Source: an uncultured Bacteroidaceae bacterium
Lineage (GTDB): Bacteria; Bacillota; Clostridia; Christensenellales; CAG-917
Assembly: GCA_964563025.1 (NCBI GenBank)
Contig: CAZLVK010000001.1
Span: 12,451-76,450 of the forward strand
DNA length: 64,000 nt
Direction: 5' to 3'
The notes under the pieces were generated by a model that worked only from the letters and a program-made list of their open reading frames with translations, was not told where the DNA came from and did no database searches. Made by a program: the position numbers and the translations under genes. Positions 46,406-55,485 of the stretch are shown here, one piece after another; position 1 is the first letter of the stretch, and every line of letters starts with the position of its first letter.

Positions 46406-47338
46406 TCACTTAAAATATTCGTTCACGAGCGCGAACAAGTCCTCGGCGCTCTTGACGGTGGATATAGCCGTTCTGACCGCTTTGGAGTTGCCGGTGTTTT
46501 TTGCGTAATGGCAAAGTTGCAATTTCATCACGTTTGCGACAACCTTTTCGGGAAGTCTTTCACGCAAAATAGCGATATGTTCCTCTACCGCTTGTCTCAC
46601 GTCGAAGTCGTATTCTTCACCTCTGAGGTCCGCAAAAATCCAAGGTCTGCCGAGTGCGCCTCTTGCAATCATAAATCCGTCCGCACCGCTAATGCGTTTC
46701 ACCTCGTCGAGGGACTTTTTGTCCACTATATCGCCGTTCGCAATGACGGGAATTTTGACCGCCTTTTTGACCTCTGCCGTTATGGCGTGGTCGGCGACTC
46801 CCGCATACATTTGTTCTCTGAATCTCGGATGCACCGCGACTGCGTCCGCACCGCCCTTTTCGGCGGCAATAGCGCAATCGACGGCAAGCACTTCACCCGT
46901 TTTCACACCCGCGCGGATCTTCACTGTTACGGGTTTTCCCGATCCCTCTTTGACTGCCTGAACGATTTCGGTGATGAGTACGGGATTTTCGAGAAGAGCA
47001 CTGCCGTCCCCGTTGCCCGCGATTTTTTTCACGGGGCAACCCATGTTTATATCGACGACGTCGAACTTTTGAAGTCTTTCGTCCTTTGCCGCGCGATACA
47101 TATATTCGGGTTCGTGCCCGAAAATCTGAACCGCTATGGGTGCTTCGATTTCGGTGGTATAAAGAAGGTCGTCGGTCCCCTTGTTGCCGTAGCAAAGCCC
47201 TTTTGCGCTGACCATTTCCGTGTAGACGAGACCTGCCCCGTAGCGGGAACACAACGCCCTTGCGCCGACGTCGGAAAAGCCCGCTATCGGAGCAAAGATA
47301 ATGTCGGATTTGAGTTTTAAGTCGCCGATATGTAACAT
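46406..47338 (-). CDS. dusB: tRNA dihydrouridine synthase (DusB-like)
   Basis: FAPIAGFSDVGARAL and DINMGCP motifs. Confidence 0.85.
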   Translation of the reverse strand: MLHIGDLKLKSDIIFAPIAGFSDVGARALCSRYGAGLVYTEMVSAKGLCYGNKGTDDLLYTTEIEAPIAVQIFGHEPEYMYRAAKDERLQKFDVVDINMGCPVKKIAGNGDGSALLENPVLITEIVQAVKEGSGKPVTVKIRAGVKTGEVLAVDCAIAAEKGGADAVAVHPRFREQMYAGVADHAITAEVKKAVKIPVIANGDIVDKKSLDEVKRISGADGFMIARGALGRPWIFADLRGEEYDFDVRQAVEEHIAILRERLPEKVVANVMKLQLCHYAKNTGNSKAVRTAISTVKSAEDLFALVNEYFK

Positions 47339-47354
47339 TAAACCACCGTTTTTG

Positions 47355-48398
47355 CTATTTTACGTTTTTCTTTGCCTCGTTCCAAAACTCTTCGAGTTCG
47401 GATAACGAATAATCTTTTATCGTCTTTCCGTTTGCCGTCGCAAGTCTTTCGACCGTCGCAAATCTCGACTTGAATTTTCTGCTTGCGTCGCGAAGAGCGA
47501 TTTCGGGATCTATTTTGAAAAAGCGCAAAACGTTGACGACGGCAAAGAGCAAATCTCCCGCCTCTTCGACTTTCTCGTCCTGCGTTTCGGCGAGGAGAAG
47601 TTCGTTCAGTTCCTCTTTGACCTTTTCGACGGCGTCGTCTACCTCACTCCAATCAAAACCGCTTTTCTTTGCGATTTTTTGGATTTTCTCGGCGTACAAA
47701 AGTGACGGAAAATTGACGGGGACTCTGCTCATCGCGTCCGTGTTGTTCTCGTATTTTTTCTCTTTCTTTTTCGCTTCCGTCCAAAATGCAAGTGCCTCTT
47801 CCGCATTCGTCGCGTGGTCGGATCCGAATATATGAGTGTGGCGGTCGAGGAGTTTTCTGCACAGCGTCGTGAACACGTCCGCATAATCGAACTTGCCTTC
47901 CTCTTCGGACATCTCGGCAATAAATGCGGATTGCAAAATCACGTCCCCCGCCTCTTCGACCATTTTTTCCTTGTCGCCGAGATCTATACCCTCGATGAGT
48001 TCGTACGCCTCTTCGATGATATTCGCGCGGATACTTTCGGGAGTTTGCGCCTTATCCCATTCGCACCCGTCCTTTGCTCTCAAACGTTTCAAGATTTCTT
48101 CGAGGTCACTGAAATCAAACCTCTTTCTCGATACGACGTTAGATTCTGCAGGGATATAGACTCCGTCAAAATCTGCAAGTTCGCACGCTTTAAGTTCTAC
48201 GACTTCTTCTCCGATTTTGCTCTTCACGAGAATATCGTCGCCGAACACGTCGAGGACTTTGTTCTTGACGGCAAGCGTATCTTCGTACCCTTTGCAATCC
48301 ACGAAACAATCTATCCTCTTATTAGGACGAGAAAACGGCAGAACGAAATCCTCTGCCGTATAATACTGAAATGATTTTCCGCCGAACTCGTTATCCAT
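47355..48398 (-). CDS. mazG: MazG nucleoside triphosphate pyrophosphohydrolase with a non-MazG N-terminal extension of about 110 aa
   Basis: Tandem MazG EExxE repeats (EEAYELIEGI/EEAGDVILQ and EELNELLLA/EEAGDLLFAV). The start at ATG 48398 overlaps the upstream stop by 8 nt. Confidence 0.85.
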   Translation of the reverse strand: MDNEFGGKSFQYYTAEDFVLPFSRPNKRIDCFVDCKGYEDTLAVKNKVLDVFGDDILVKSKIGEEVVELKACELADFDGVYIPAESNVVSRKRFDFSDLEEILKRLRAKDGCEWDKAQTPESIRANIIEEAYELIEGIDLGDKEKMVEEAGDVILQSAFIAEMSEEEGKFDYADVFTTLCRKLLDRHTHIFGSDHATNAEEALAFWTEAKKKEKKYENNTDAMSRVPVNFPSLLYAEKIQKIAKKSGFDWSEVDDAVEKVKEELNELLLAETQDEKVEEAGDLLFAVVNVLRFFKIDPEIALRDASRKFKSRFATVERLATANGKTIKDYSLSELEEFWNEAKKNVK

Positions 48399-49974
48399 CG
48401 TCGCACTCCCAAAATCTGACCGTTTTATATAATTTCCCGAACGCTCCGCCGAAAGGCAAGGACCTGAGTTCGTCCTCATCCAATACCCCGAGCAGAAGCA
48501 TAAGGTAGAAATATATAATATAGTTTAGCACAAAACCTACGACTAAGCAAACAATATTGCCTTCAATCAAGTAGTGGGGAATCAAACTCACTCCGCCCGC
48601 CACCGCACCGCATATAAAAATGCGCCCGATTTTGTCTTCGAGTCGCAACCCGGTGAGCCTCGTAAAAGACAAATAGCAAGCAAAAAGCGCAACCACTCCG
48701 AAAGCGACCGAGGCTACGGCACCGCCGTTTATGCCTATGATGCCTACGAGCAATACAGACAAGCACACCTTGACGATAATTGCACAAACGACACTTAAAA
48801 CGGCGTTTTTGGTCTTGTCAAGTGCTTGAAGGAGCGAAACGTAGACTTGCATCGCAGAGTTAAAAACGATATTCGACGACGAGATGACGAGCAAATTCTG
48901 CGCGACGTCGAGTTGGGACGGGCTGAGCGACGGATACAACGTTCCGATTATCTCCCTTGCGAATATCATCATAAAAACGGCGGACGGCACGCCTATAGCA
49001 AAGGACAATTTCAACGACAACGCACTTTTCGCCATTATCGCGGGGACGTCGTGACGTACTCTCGATACGGATACCGACGGCACAATAGCAACGGCAAGAG
49101 ACATTATCGTGACGACGGGAAGATTAATCAGAGAACTTATCGGGCCCGACAACAAGCCGTACTCGGCTGTGGCGATTTCGGTCGCCGTCCCCCTTGCTTT
49201 CAGCACGTTGACTATAATCATACTGTCGAAAAAATTCGATAGCGGAATAAGCAACGCCACTACGGCGATCGGCACCGCAACTCTCATCATCTCCTTGGTT
49301 TCGTCCTTAGTGATTTTGAGGTTTTCCAAAATGCGACCTTTCTTTTTCTCTCTGACAAAGTAGGTGAAAAGAAGATAGACGAGTGCAACTCCCTCCGACG
49401 CCGTCACGCCGAGAATTGCGCCTTCGACTGCATGTATAACGCCCCTCTTCGACATATATACCGCAAGCGTCAATCCGACGACGAGTTTGACGACTTGCTC
49501 GACTACGTTGGATATGGCTGTCGGGCGCATATATCTTTCTCCCTGAAACCAACCGCGGAACCCTGCTATTATCCCGACGAACAATATGCTCGGAGAAATG
49601 AGTTTGTACCCTATCGCGACTGCGGAATTGCCTTGCGAGGCAGAAATTGCGTCCGCCGCAAAAAACACGACGAGAGAAAAGACTGCCGACAAGACGGATA
49701 ATACGGTCAACGACAGATACAAATACTTCTTCGTATCGAGACCGAGAGCGCGTTTTTCGGCGACTATTCGGCTGAGCGCAGTGGGTATGCCTGCGCTCGA
49801 CAGCACCATAAACAACGCAAAAACGGGAAAGACCAGTTGGTACATTCCCATACCCTCCGCACCTAAAATATTCGTGAGAGGAACGCGATATATCGCGCCT
49901 ATAATTTTCGCGACGACGCTCCCTAACGCAAGCACGGTAGCCCCGCCGAGAAATCGAGATTTCGTTTTTTTCAT
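48391..49974 (-). CDS. MOP-superfamily flippase (polysaccharide biosynthesis protein, SpoVB/YabM-like)
   Basis: A 14-TM protein sitting between spoVT and mazG, as yabM does in Bacillus. Confidence 0.8.
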   Translation of the reverse strand: MKKTKSRFLGGATVLALGSVVAKIIGAIYRVPLTNILGAEGMGMYQLVFPVFALFMVLSSAGIPTALSRIVAEKRALGLDTKKYLYLSLTVLSVLSAVFSLVVFFAADAISASQGNSAVAIGYKLISPSILFVGIIAGFRGWFQGERYMRPTAISNVVEQVVKLVVGLTLAVYMSKRGVIHAVEGAILGVTASEGVALVYLLFTYFVREKKKGRILENLKITKDETKEMMRVAVPIAVVALLIPLSNFFDSMIIVNVLKARGTATEIATAEYGLLSGPISSLINLPVVTIMSLAVAIVPSVSVSRVRHDVPAIMAKSALSLKLSFAIGVPSAVFMMIFAREIIGTLYPSLSPSQLDVAQNLLVISSSNIVFNSAMQVYVSLLQALDKTKNAVLSVVCAIIVKVCLSVLLVGIIGINGGAVASVAFGVVALFACYLSFTRLTGLRLEDKIGRIFICGAVAGGVSLIPHYLIEGNIVCLVVGFVLNYIIYFYLMLLLGVLDEDELRSLPFGGAFGKLYKTVRFWECDDG

Positions 49975-50495
49975 CAGTCCGAAATCACGGCGGTGAGAAT
50001 TGCCGAGGAAAAGCGCACGTATCCGAGTTCGTTTTCGTCGAGCGTAACGGGTGATGTTACGACGACCGCGCCGACGAGGTCCCCTCTGACGACGATAGGT
50101 TCCGACACCACCACTCCGTCGAATGGCTTATCGCGAAACAGACTTTCCTTCGTATCGAGCACGACCGAACTTCTGCTTCCGACTATCCTCATAAGAAAGT
50201 CGGAGATTTCATCGCCGACGGAGATACCCTTTACGTTTTTGGACAAGGACACGACCTTGTCTTTGTCGACGACGAAAGCGCACGCCCCCGAAACGTATTC
50301 CGCGACCATATTAACGAGTTCGTCCGAGGCGGTTTTCAAGTTTTCAAACGCGCCGTATTTTTTGATGACGAGTTTTTCTCCGTCCCCCGAAATTTCCATT
50401 TCGTCGCCTACTCTTAGTCTCATCGTTTTGCGAAGTTCCTTGGGAATAACGATACGACCGAGTTCGTCTATGCGCCTTACGATTCCGTTCGACAT
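49974..50495 (-). CDS. spoVT: stage V sporulation protein T (AbrB-family regulator)
   Basis: GIVRRIDELGRIVIPKELRKTMRL swapped-hairpin AbrB domain plus a GAF-like C-terminus. Start at ATG 50495 behind AGGAGG. Confidence 0.85.
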   Translation of the reverse strand: MSNGIVRRIDELGRIVIPKELRKTMRLRVGDEMEISGDGEKLVIKKYGAFENLKTASDELVNMVAEYVSGACAFVVDKDKVVSLSKNVKGISVGDEISDFLMRIVGSRSSVVLDTKESLFRDKPFDGVVVSEPIVVRGDLVGAVVVTSPVTLDENELGYVRFSSAILTAVISD

Positions 50496-50573
50496 ATAAA
50501 AACCTCCTGTTTTGTTTAGTTTGCAAAACAAGAGGTTTATTATTCGTTTTTATTCGATTAAAGCGCGATTTTG

Positions 50574-50840
50574 CTATTTCTTCTCGATTACGAGTTCAAG
50601 AACGAGGCTTGTGAAATCGACCTCTTCCACGAAGTCGCGAGGCAAGAATTTTATGCGATTGAATCGGGTGAAGTGCTTATAATGCGTCGGCAAAACGACG
50701 GGCGTCGACGTGTCGAGGAGATAACACACTTCTTGCAAATCGCGTTTGAAATTTTGAGGAGATACCACAAGCGCGCTTTCAAAAAGCACGTCCTTCAGCA
50801 TTTTGTCTCCCTTCATCAGTTTGCCCCAGATTTTCATCAA
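50574..50840 (-). CDS. hypothetical small protein (88 aa)
   Basis: ATGA-coupled to the upstream flavin reductase gene. No family recognised. Confidence 0.55.
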   Translation of the reverse strand: MMKIWGKLMKGDKMLKDVLFESALVVSPQNFKRDLQEVCYLLDTSTPVVLPTHYKHFTRFNRIKFLPRDFVEEVDFTSLVLELVIEKK

Positions 50841-51322
50841 TATTCCTCTACGATTTCACCGAAATAGAAATTATGCTTGTCGCCAACGGGAAATTTTTCA
50901 CTCTTAGGATACCATCTCTCGACCGCGCTCACGTCCATATCCCCCATAGGAAGAACGCCCACAACTTTGCATTCAAAGTATCTTTCGCAACCTTTGACGA
51001 CGACGGTGTCTACGGATTTTGCGGGTTGTTTTTCCATACCGGTCTCCGCCCACTTGTCGTAGTCGCGACCGCTCTTGGTACCGCAGAAAGACAGTTCGGA
51101 TTTGAAGGTTCCCGCCGCCGGTACGCTGACTGTAAACTCACCGCTCTTCTCGAGAAGTTCTCTCGTATATCTACTATCGCGTATGGGTGCGACGAAAACT
51201 TTCTTGCCCCACATAACGCCGACGAAACCCCAACTTGCGACCATGGGATTGTCCTTTGCTATCACGAACGCGCCCGTATTGAACGAACTGTTCATAAAAT
51301 CCATATTCTTAAATTCGTGCAT
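50837..51322 (-). CDS. flavin reductase-like FMN-binding protein
   Basis: Split-barrel flavin reductase pattern (NPMVASWGFVGVMWGKKVFVAPIRDSRYT). Confidence 0.7.
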   Translation of the reverse strand: MHEFKNMDFMNSSFNTGAFVIAKDNPMVASWGFVGVMWGKKVFVAPIRDSRYTRELLEKSGEFTVSVPAAGTFKSELSFCGTKSGRDYDKWAETGMEKQPAKSVDTVVVKGCERYFECKVVGVLPMGDMDVSAVERWYPKSEKFPVGDKHNFYFGEIVEEY

Positions 51323-51379
51323 AAGCCACTCCTTTTCTTTTTTATAATATTACCACGAGCGGGAAAAATTGAAAAGAGA

Positions 51380-51922
51380 TTATTCGTCTTTTTCCTCACT
51401 TTCCTCACGCGGTATTCTTTTATATACGATTTCCTCTTTTGCGCCCAATATACCCGTCCTCGTGAAAGCGCGACGAAGCGCGTAGCAAAGAGGTATGCCG
51501 ATGACGCCTACCGTAACCGCCTCGGACGCAAGAATTTCGAGTGCGGATAGGATATAAATTGTATCGCTTCCGTCGAGCACCCACACCACGGGCACGAGCA
51601 ACGCGTTGAACACAATCGGCGGGAGTGCGGACAGCGGGATATTTTTCCTAAGCACGTACGTCCCGACCGCGCCGAGAAAAGTCGCAATTCCTCCGAAAAG
51701 CATATCATAGACGCCGTAAGGAGAAAAGGCGAAATTCGCAAGCACGCACCCCACCGTCAGTCCGGGTATCGCCTCGGGGAAAAAGACCGCAAGCAAAACG
51801 AGAGCCTCGGACAAACGGAATTGCACGGGACCGAACGCAAGCGGGGATACGACGGTGGAAAGCACGAAATACAGCGCGCCGATAAGGGCCGAACGGGTGA
51901 TGAACCTCAAAGACTTTTTCAA
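51380..51922 (-). CDS. queT: queuosine precursor transporter QueT
   Basis: QueT-like TM protein (GPVQFRLSEAL...GLTVGCVLAN). I call the start at TTG 51922, 7 nt after GAGG, because the tracked ATG 51967 lies inside the riboswitch P1 stem. Confidence 0.75.
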   Translation of the reverse strand: MKKSLRFITRSALIGALYFVLSTVVSPLAFGPVQFRLSEALVLLAVFFPEAIPGLTVGCVLANFAFSPYGVYDMLFGGIATFLGAVGTYVLRKNIPLSALPPIVFNALLVPVVWVLDGSDTIYILSALEILASEAVTVGVIGIPLCYALRRAFTRTGILGAKEEIVYKRIPREESEEKDE

Positions 51923-51929
51923 GAGAATA

Positions 51930-51970
51930 CCTCGGTTTTTTTTATTGATGGGTTTATCCGCTACCATCTG
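51930..51970 (-). promoter_or_regulatory. preQ1-I riboswitch
   Basis: The minus strand reads GAUGG-UAGCGGAUAAAC-CCAUC-AAUAAAAAAAA-CCG-AGG. It has a 5-bp P1, a 12-nt loop, an A-rich tail, and tail CCG pairing with loop CGG. This is the same architecture and loop length as the B. subtilis aptamer AGAGG-UUCUAGCUACAC-CCUCU-AUAAAAAA-CUA-AGG, with UAG/CUA covarying to CGG/CCG. It lies upstream of queT. Confidence 0.7.
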
Positions 51971-52142
51971 GAACTATATTAGCACCGTTCTCCCCTATAA
52001 GTCAAACGCTCGGCGCAAATAAATTCGCTTGAAAAACGCAAACGGCACCATATGTTGTGAAAGAAAAAAATCTTGAATTTGTTTGTTCCATTTTCAAAGA
52101 AAATGTGTTACTCTCTATGCACACGCAAAATTGAGGTGTACA

Positions 52143-53576
52143 GTGGGCTTTGCAAAATTTTCAAGCGATTTTTTGATGGAAACGTTCACTCTCGTCGATA
52201 ACCTGTTTATCAACGAGCATTTGCCGTACCTTGGCGAAAAGCAAATCAAGGTATACCTTTACGGTTTGTATCTTTGCACGTCGAACGAGCAGAACGAAAC
52301 CGAAACTCTTTTGTCCGTTCTCGACGTCACCGAAGAGGAACTCCTTTCGATTTACGGCGAATTCGAGGACTTGGGACTTGTCAAAATCATTTCTCGTCAA
52401 CCGATAGAAGTCAAATATCTGTCCTTAAAACGCGGACTCCAACCCCCGAAAAAATATAAGGCGGACAAGTGGACGGATTTCAACTCGGTTTTGCAATCCC
52501 TCTTCCCCGAACGCCTCATCACCCCGAACGAATACAACGAATACTACTCTTTCATCGAATCCACGAAGATCGATACCGAAGTGCTTTTGATGATAGTTCA
52601 GTATTGCATAAACGCAAAAGGTCAGAGCGTCAGATACCCCTATATCTTCGCGGTGGCGCGCAGTTGGATTGCAGACGGCGTAAAGACGGTCGCGGACGTG
52701 GAGCGCAAACTCACCGAATACGAAGCGCAAACGGAAGATATGAGAGAGGTCCTCTCCGCTCTCGGCAGAAAAGGCGGTGCGGATATCGAGGACAAGCAAG
52801 CGTTACTCAAATGGCAACACAGTTGGGGCTTCGAGCAAAGTGCGATTTTGACAGCGGCAAAACTCCTCAAAGGCACCAAATCTTTCAAGCGCCTCGACCA
52901 AAAACTCGACGAATTTTACCGCATGAACGTCTTCACCTCCGAAGAGATGCTGGACGCAAACGAGAGAAGGGAACGCCTTATAGGCCTCGCCATTGAAATC
53001 AACAAGACAATGGGGCTCTATTACGAATCCCTCGACCACGTCGTAGAGACCTACACCATTCCTTGGACGAGCAAAGGTTTCACCGACGACGCGCTTCTCA
53101 AAATCGCGCACTACTGTTTCGTCAGCGGAATACGCACTCTCGACGGGCTCAACAACGTAATCAACAAGTTCTACGCGCAAGGCTACGTGTCGGCGGAGAG
53201 TATCGACGAATTCATATCCGCGGGCATTGCGCAAGATAGCAAAATCAGAGTCATCCTCGAAAAGGCGGGCACGAGCAGAAACGTCTCGGCTAAAGACAGA
53301 GAATATTACCGCACTTGGACCTCGCTTTGGGGCTTCACCGACGATATTATCGAGTACGCTTGCGAACTTGCCTGTGGCAAGCCCTACCCCGTCACCTATA
53401 TGAATCAGATTTTGTCCGCCTGGAAAACGACGGGCGTGAACACTCTCGACAAGGCGAAATCCCAACCCGCGCCTACGAGCGGTAAAAAGCCCGAATACAC
53501 CGAGCGCACCTACACCGACGACCAACTTCAAACGCTGTTCAGCGGAATAGATAAATTCGACGATATAGATATATGA
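52143..53576 (+). CDS. DnaD-domain replication initiation protein (Firmicute DnaB/DnaD-like)
   Basis: Two DnaD-like C-terminal repeats (YPYIFAVARSWIADGVKTVADVE and VTYMNQILSAWKTTGVNTLDKA). GTG 52143 sits behind GAGGTG. ATG 52176 is an alternative start. Confidence 0.8.
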   Translation: MGFAKFSSDFLMETFTLVDNLFINEHLPYLGEKQIKVYLYGLYLCTSNEQNETETLLSVLDVTEEELLSIYGEFEDLGLVKIISRQPIEVKYLSLKRGLQPPKKYKADKWTDFNSVLQSLFPERLITPNEYNEYYSFIESTKIDTEVLLMIVQYCINAKGQSVRYPYIFAVARSWIADGVKTVADVERKLTEYEAQTEDMREVLSALGRKGGADIEDKQALLKWQHSWGFEQSAILTAAKLLKGTKSFKRLDQKLDEFYRMNVFTSEEMLDANERRERLIGLAIEINKTMGLYYESLDHVVETYTIPWTSKGFTDDALLKIAHYCFVSGIRTLDGLNNVINKFYAQGYVSAESIDEFISAGIAQDSKIRVILEKAGTSRNVSAKDREYYRTWTSLWGFTDDIIEYACELACGKPYPVTYMNQILSAWKTTGVNTLDKAKSQPAPTSGKKPEYTERTYTDDQLQTLFSGIDKFDDIDI

Positions 53577-54493
53577 TAACTCAAGACGCACTGAAAAAAG
53601 CATTCGACCTTAAAGTGGAAGCCATAGAAAAGCACAAGAACGACTGCGCCGCTACGCGTGCACGCGCCTTTACCATAGAAGAAATCTCCAAGGCGCAAGC
53701 GGAATATACCGTCGCAAAATTCAACGCTCTCAAAAACGGCGACTCACTCGACACGGCGGACGAAAAGAAAAAAGCGTACGAGAACGCTCTTGAAAAATAC
53801 GGGTTCAAAGAAAGCGATTTCACCCCCGCGCCTCTATGCAAATATTGCCGAGACACGGGATATGTCCACGGCGTTCTCTGCGAATGCGTGACGAAATTAT
53901 ACCTCGACGAACTTGCGCGCAGGTGCGAAATCGAAAAACGGGCTCCGTTCTCTTTCGAGGACAATCACCCCGACAAAGCCGACGAAAAACAAAAAGACGC
54001 CCTCAACAAACTTTACGGCCTAATGTCTCTCTACGTGGACCGCTACCCCCACGTCAACAAACACGTTCTCGTGTTCACCGGCGCGACGGGTACGGGCAAA
54101 AGTTGTCTGGCGTCCGCAATGGCACGGAAAACCGTCCTTTATAAAGGCAGAAGCGCACTCGTGCTCTCGGCATACGAATACAACGCCAAGATGCTCGAAG
54201 CGCACCTTGCACCCCTCGAAAAGAGAGCGACGCTTCTTGAAGATATTCTGACCGCGGACCTTCTCGTCATCGACGATTTGGGCACCGAGCCTATCTACAA
54301 AAACGTCACAATCGAATATCTCCAATTGACGCTTGACGAACGGCTCCGCGAAAAACGCACCACCGTCGTCACCACCAACCTCGACGAAAGCACGTTGATG
54401 TCCCGTTACGGCGAGCGCATTTTCTCAAGGCTGACGGATTTTGAACATTCGCTTTATAAACGCATTCCCGGCAAGGATTTACGCTTGTCGTAG
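53573..54493 (+). CDS. DnaI/DnaC-like helicase loader ATPase
   Basis: Zn motif CKYCRDTGYVHGVLCEC, Walker A GATGTGKS, Walker B LLVIDDLG. ATGA overlap with the upstream gene. Confidence 0.85.
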   Translation: MITQDALKKAFDLKVEAIEKHKNDCAATRARAFTIEEISKAQAEYTVAKFNALKNGDSLDTADEKKKAYENALEKYGFKESDFTPAPLCKYCRDTGYVHGVLCECVTKLYLDELARRCEIEKRAPFSFEDNHPDKADEKQKDALNKLYGLMSLYVDRYPHVNKHVLVFTGATGTGKSCLASAMARKTVLYKGRSALVLSAYEYNAKMLEAHLAPLEKRATLLEDILTADLLVIDDLGTEPIYKNVTIEYLQLTLDERLREKRTTVVTTNLDESTLMSRYGERIFSRLTDFEHSLYKRIPGKDLRLS

Positions 54494-54495
54494 GG

Positions 54496-55035
54496 CTAAA
54501 CGTTCTTTCCCGCCTCGTAGGCTTCTTTCATTGCGGGAGAGGAAAGGATTTCACCTTTCTCATAGGCACCCGTGCCGTAAATCAAGCCTTTTTCGACTGC
54601 GCCCTCTACGCAATCCGCATAACCTCTGAAACAAGCGAACGTCGTTTCGACGGACGCTTTTTCTTCGTCCGCGCAGGTAGCGATATAGTAGAACTCTTTG
54701 TCGTGAACTTCGAGCCATCTTGCGACCGTCCTGTCGATGAGGGCTTTGAGTTGCGCATCTATGGAATAGAAATAAACGGGACTTGCAAGGACTATCACAT
54801 CTGCGTCTATCATCTTTTGCAAGACCTCCGCCATGTCGTCCTTTATTGCGCATTCGCCCGCATGGTCGGAGCAATAATAGCACCCTTTGCAATAGCCGAT
54901 TTTCTTCTCGGCAACTCTTATCTTTTCGACGGCGTTACCCGCCTCTACCGCACCCCTTGCGAACTCGTCGCAAAGGGTATCCGAATTACCGCCTTTTCTG
55001 GGGCTTCCCGACAAAATCAATACTTTTTTGTTCAT
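54496..55035 (-). CDS. flavodoxin-like FMN reductase / iron-sulfur flavoprotein family
   Basis: MNKKVLILSGSPRKGGNS and CKGCYYC. Start at ATG 55035. Confidence 0.8.
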   Translation of the reverse strand: MNKKVLILSGSPRKGGNSDTLCDEFARGAVEAGNAVEKIRVAEKKIGYCKGCYYCSDHAGECAIKDDMAEVLQKMIDADVIVLASPVYFYSIDAQLKALIDRTVARWLEVHDKEFYYIATCADEEKASVETTFACFRGYADCVEGAVEKGLIYGTGAYEKGEILSSPAMKEAYEAGKNV

Positions 55036-55099
55036 ATTTATACCTCTAAACCTTAAATTCGTGCATTTTTCAATATTCGTCACTGCCGACGCCCTACGC

Positions 55100-55483
55100 T
55101 TATAACGCGACGTGCGCAAGCATAATCACGCCTTGAACAAAATATCCGAAAAAGTGTCTCATTGCGCCGTCGCTTTCGCATCTGACGTCCGCAAAAATCG
55201 CACCACGCCCTTCTTCGCTGTGGTCTATATCGAGCCCGAACAAGTCGCATAGCCTATCGATTTCGGCTTTATATTCCTCTTCTTCTATGCCAAGATATTC
55301 CCAATAGTCGGACACACAATGGCAATCGGTGAATCGGAAACCGCCGTCGATTTTTTCAATCCTTATTGCCAGACTTTCGTTGTATGAGCGGAAGAAAATC
55401 GGCGGTGCCACTATCGCAAAATCACCAAAATCGCGCACCGTTACTTCATCGAAGTATTCTTTCACCAATTGTTCGTAATTCAT
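55100..55483 (-). CDS. DUF1828-like protein (127 aa)
   Basis: The pattern ...FAIVAPPIFFRSYNESLAIRIEKIDGGFRFTDCHCV...EIDRLCDLFGLDID... matches my memory of DUF1828. It lies 2 nt downstream of the 459-aa gene. Confidence 0.5.
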   Translation of the reverse strand: MNYEQLVKEYFDEVTVRDFGDFAIVAPPIFFRSYNESLAIRIEKIDGGFRFTDCHCVSDYWEYLGIEEEEYKAEIDRLCDLFGLDIDHSEEGRGAIFADVRCESDGAMRHFFGYFVQGVIMLAHVAL

Positions 55484-55485
55484 AA

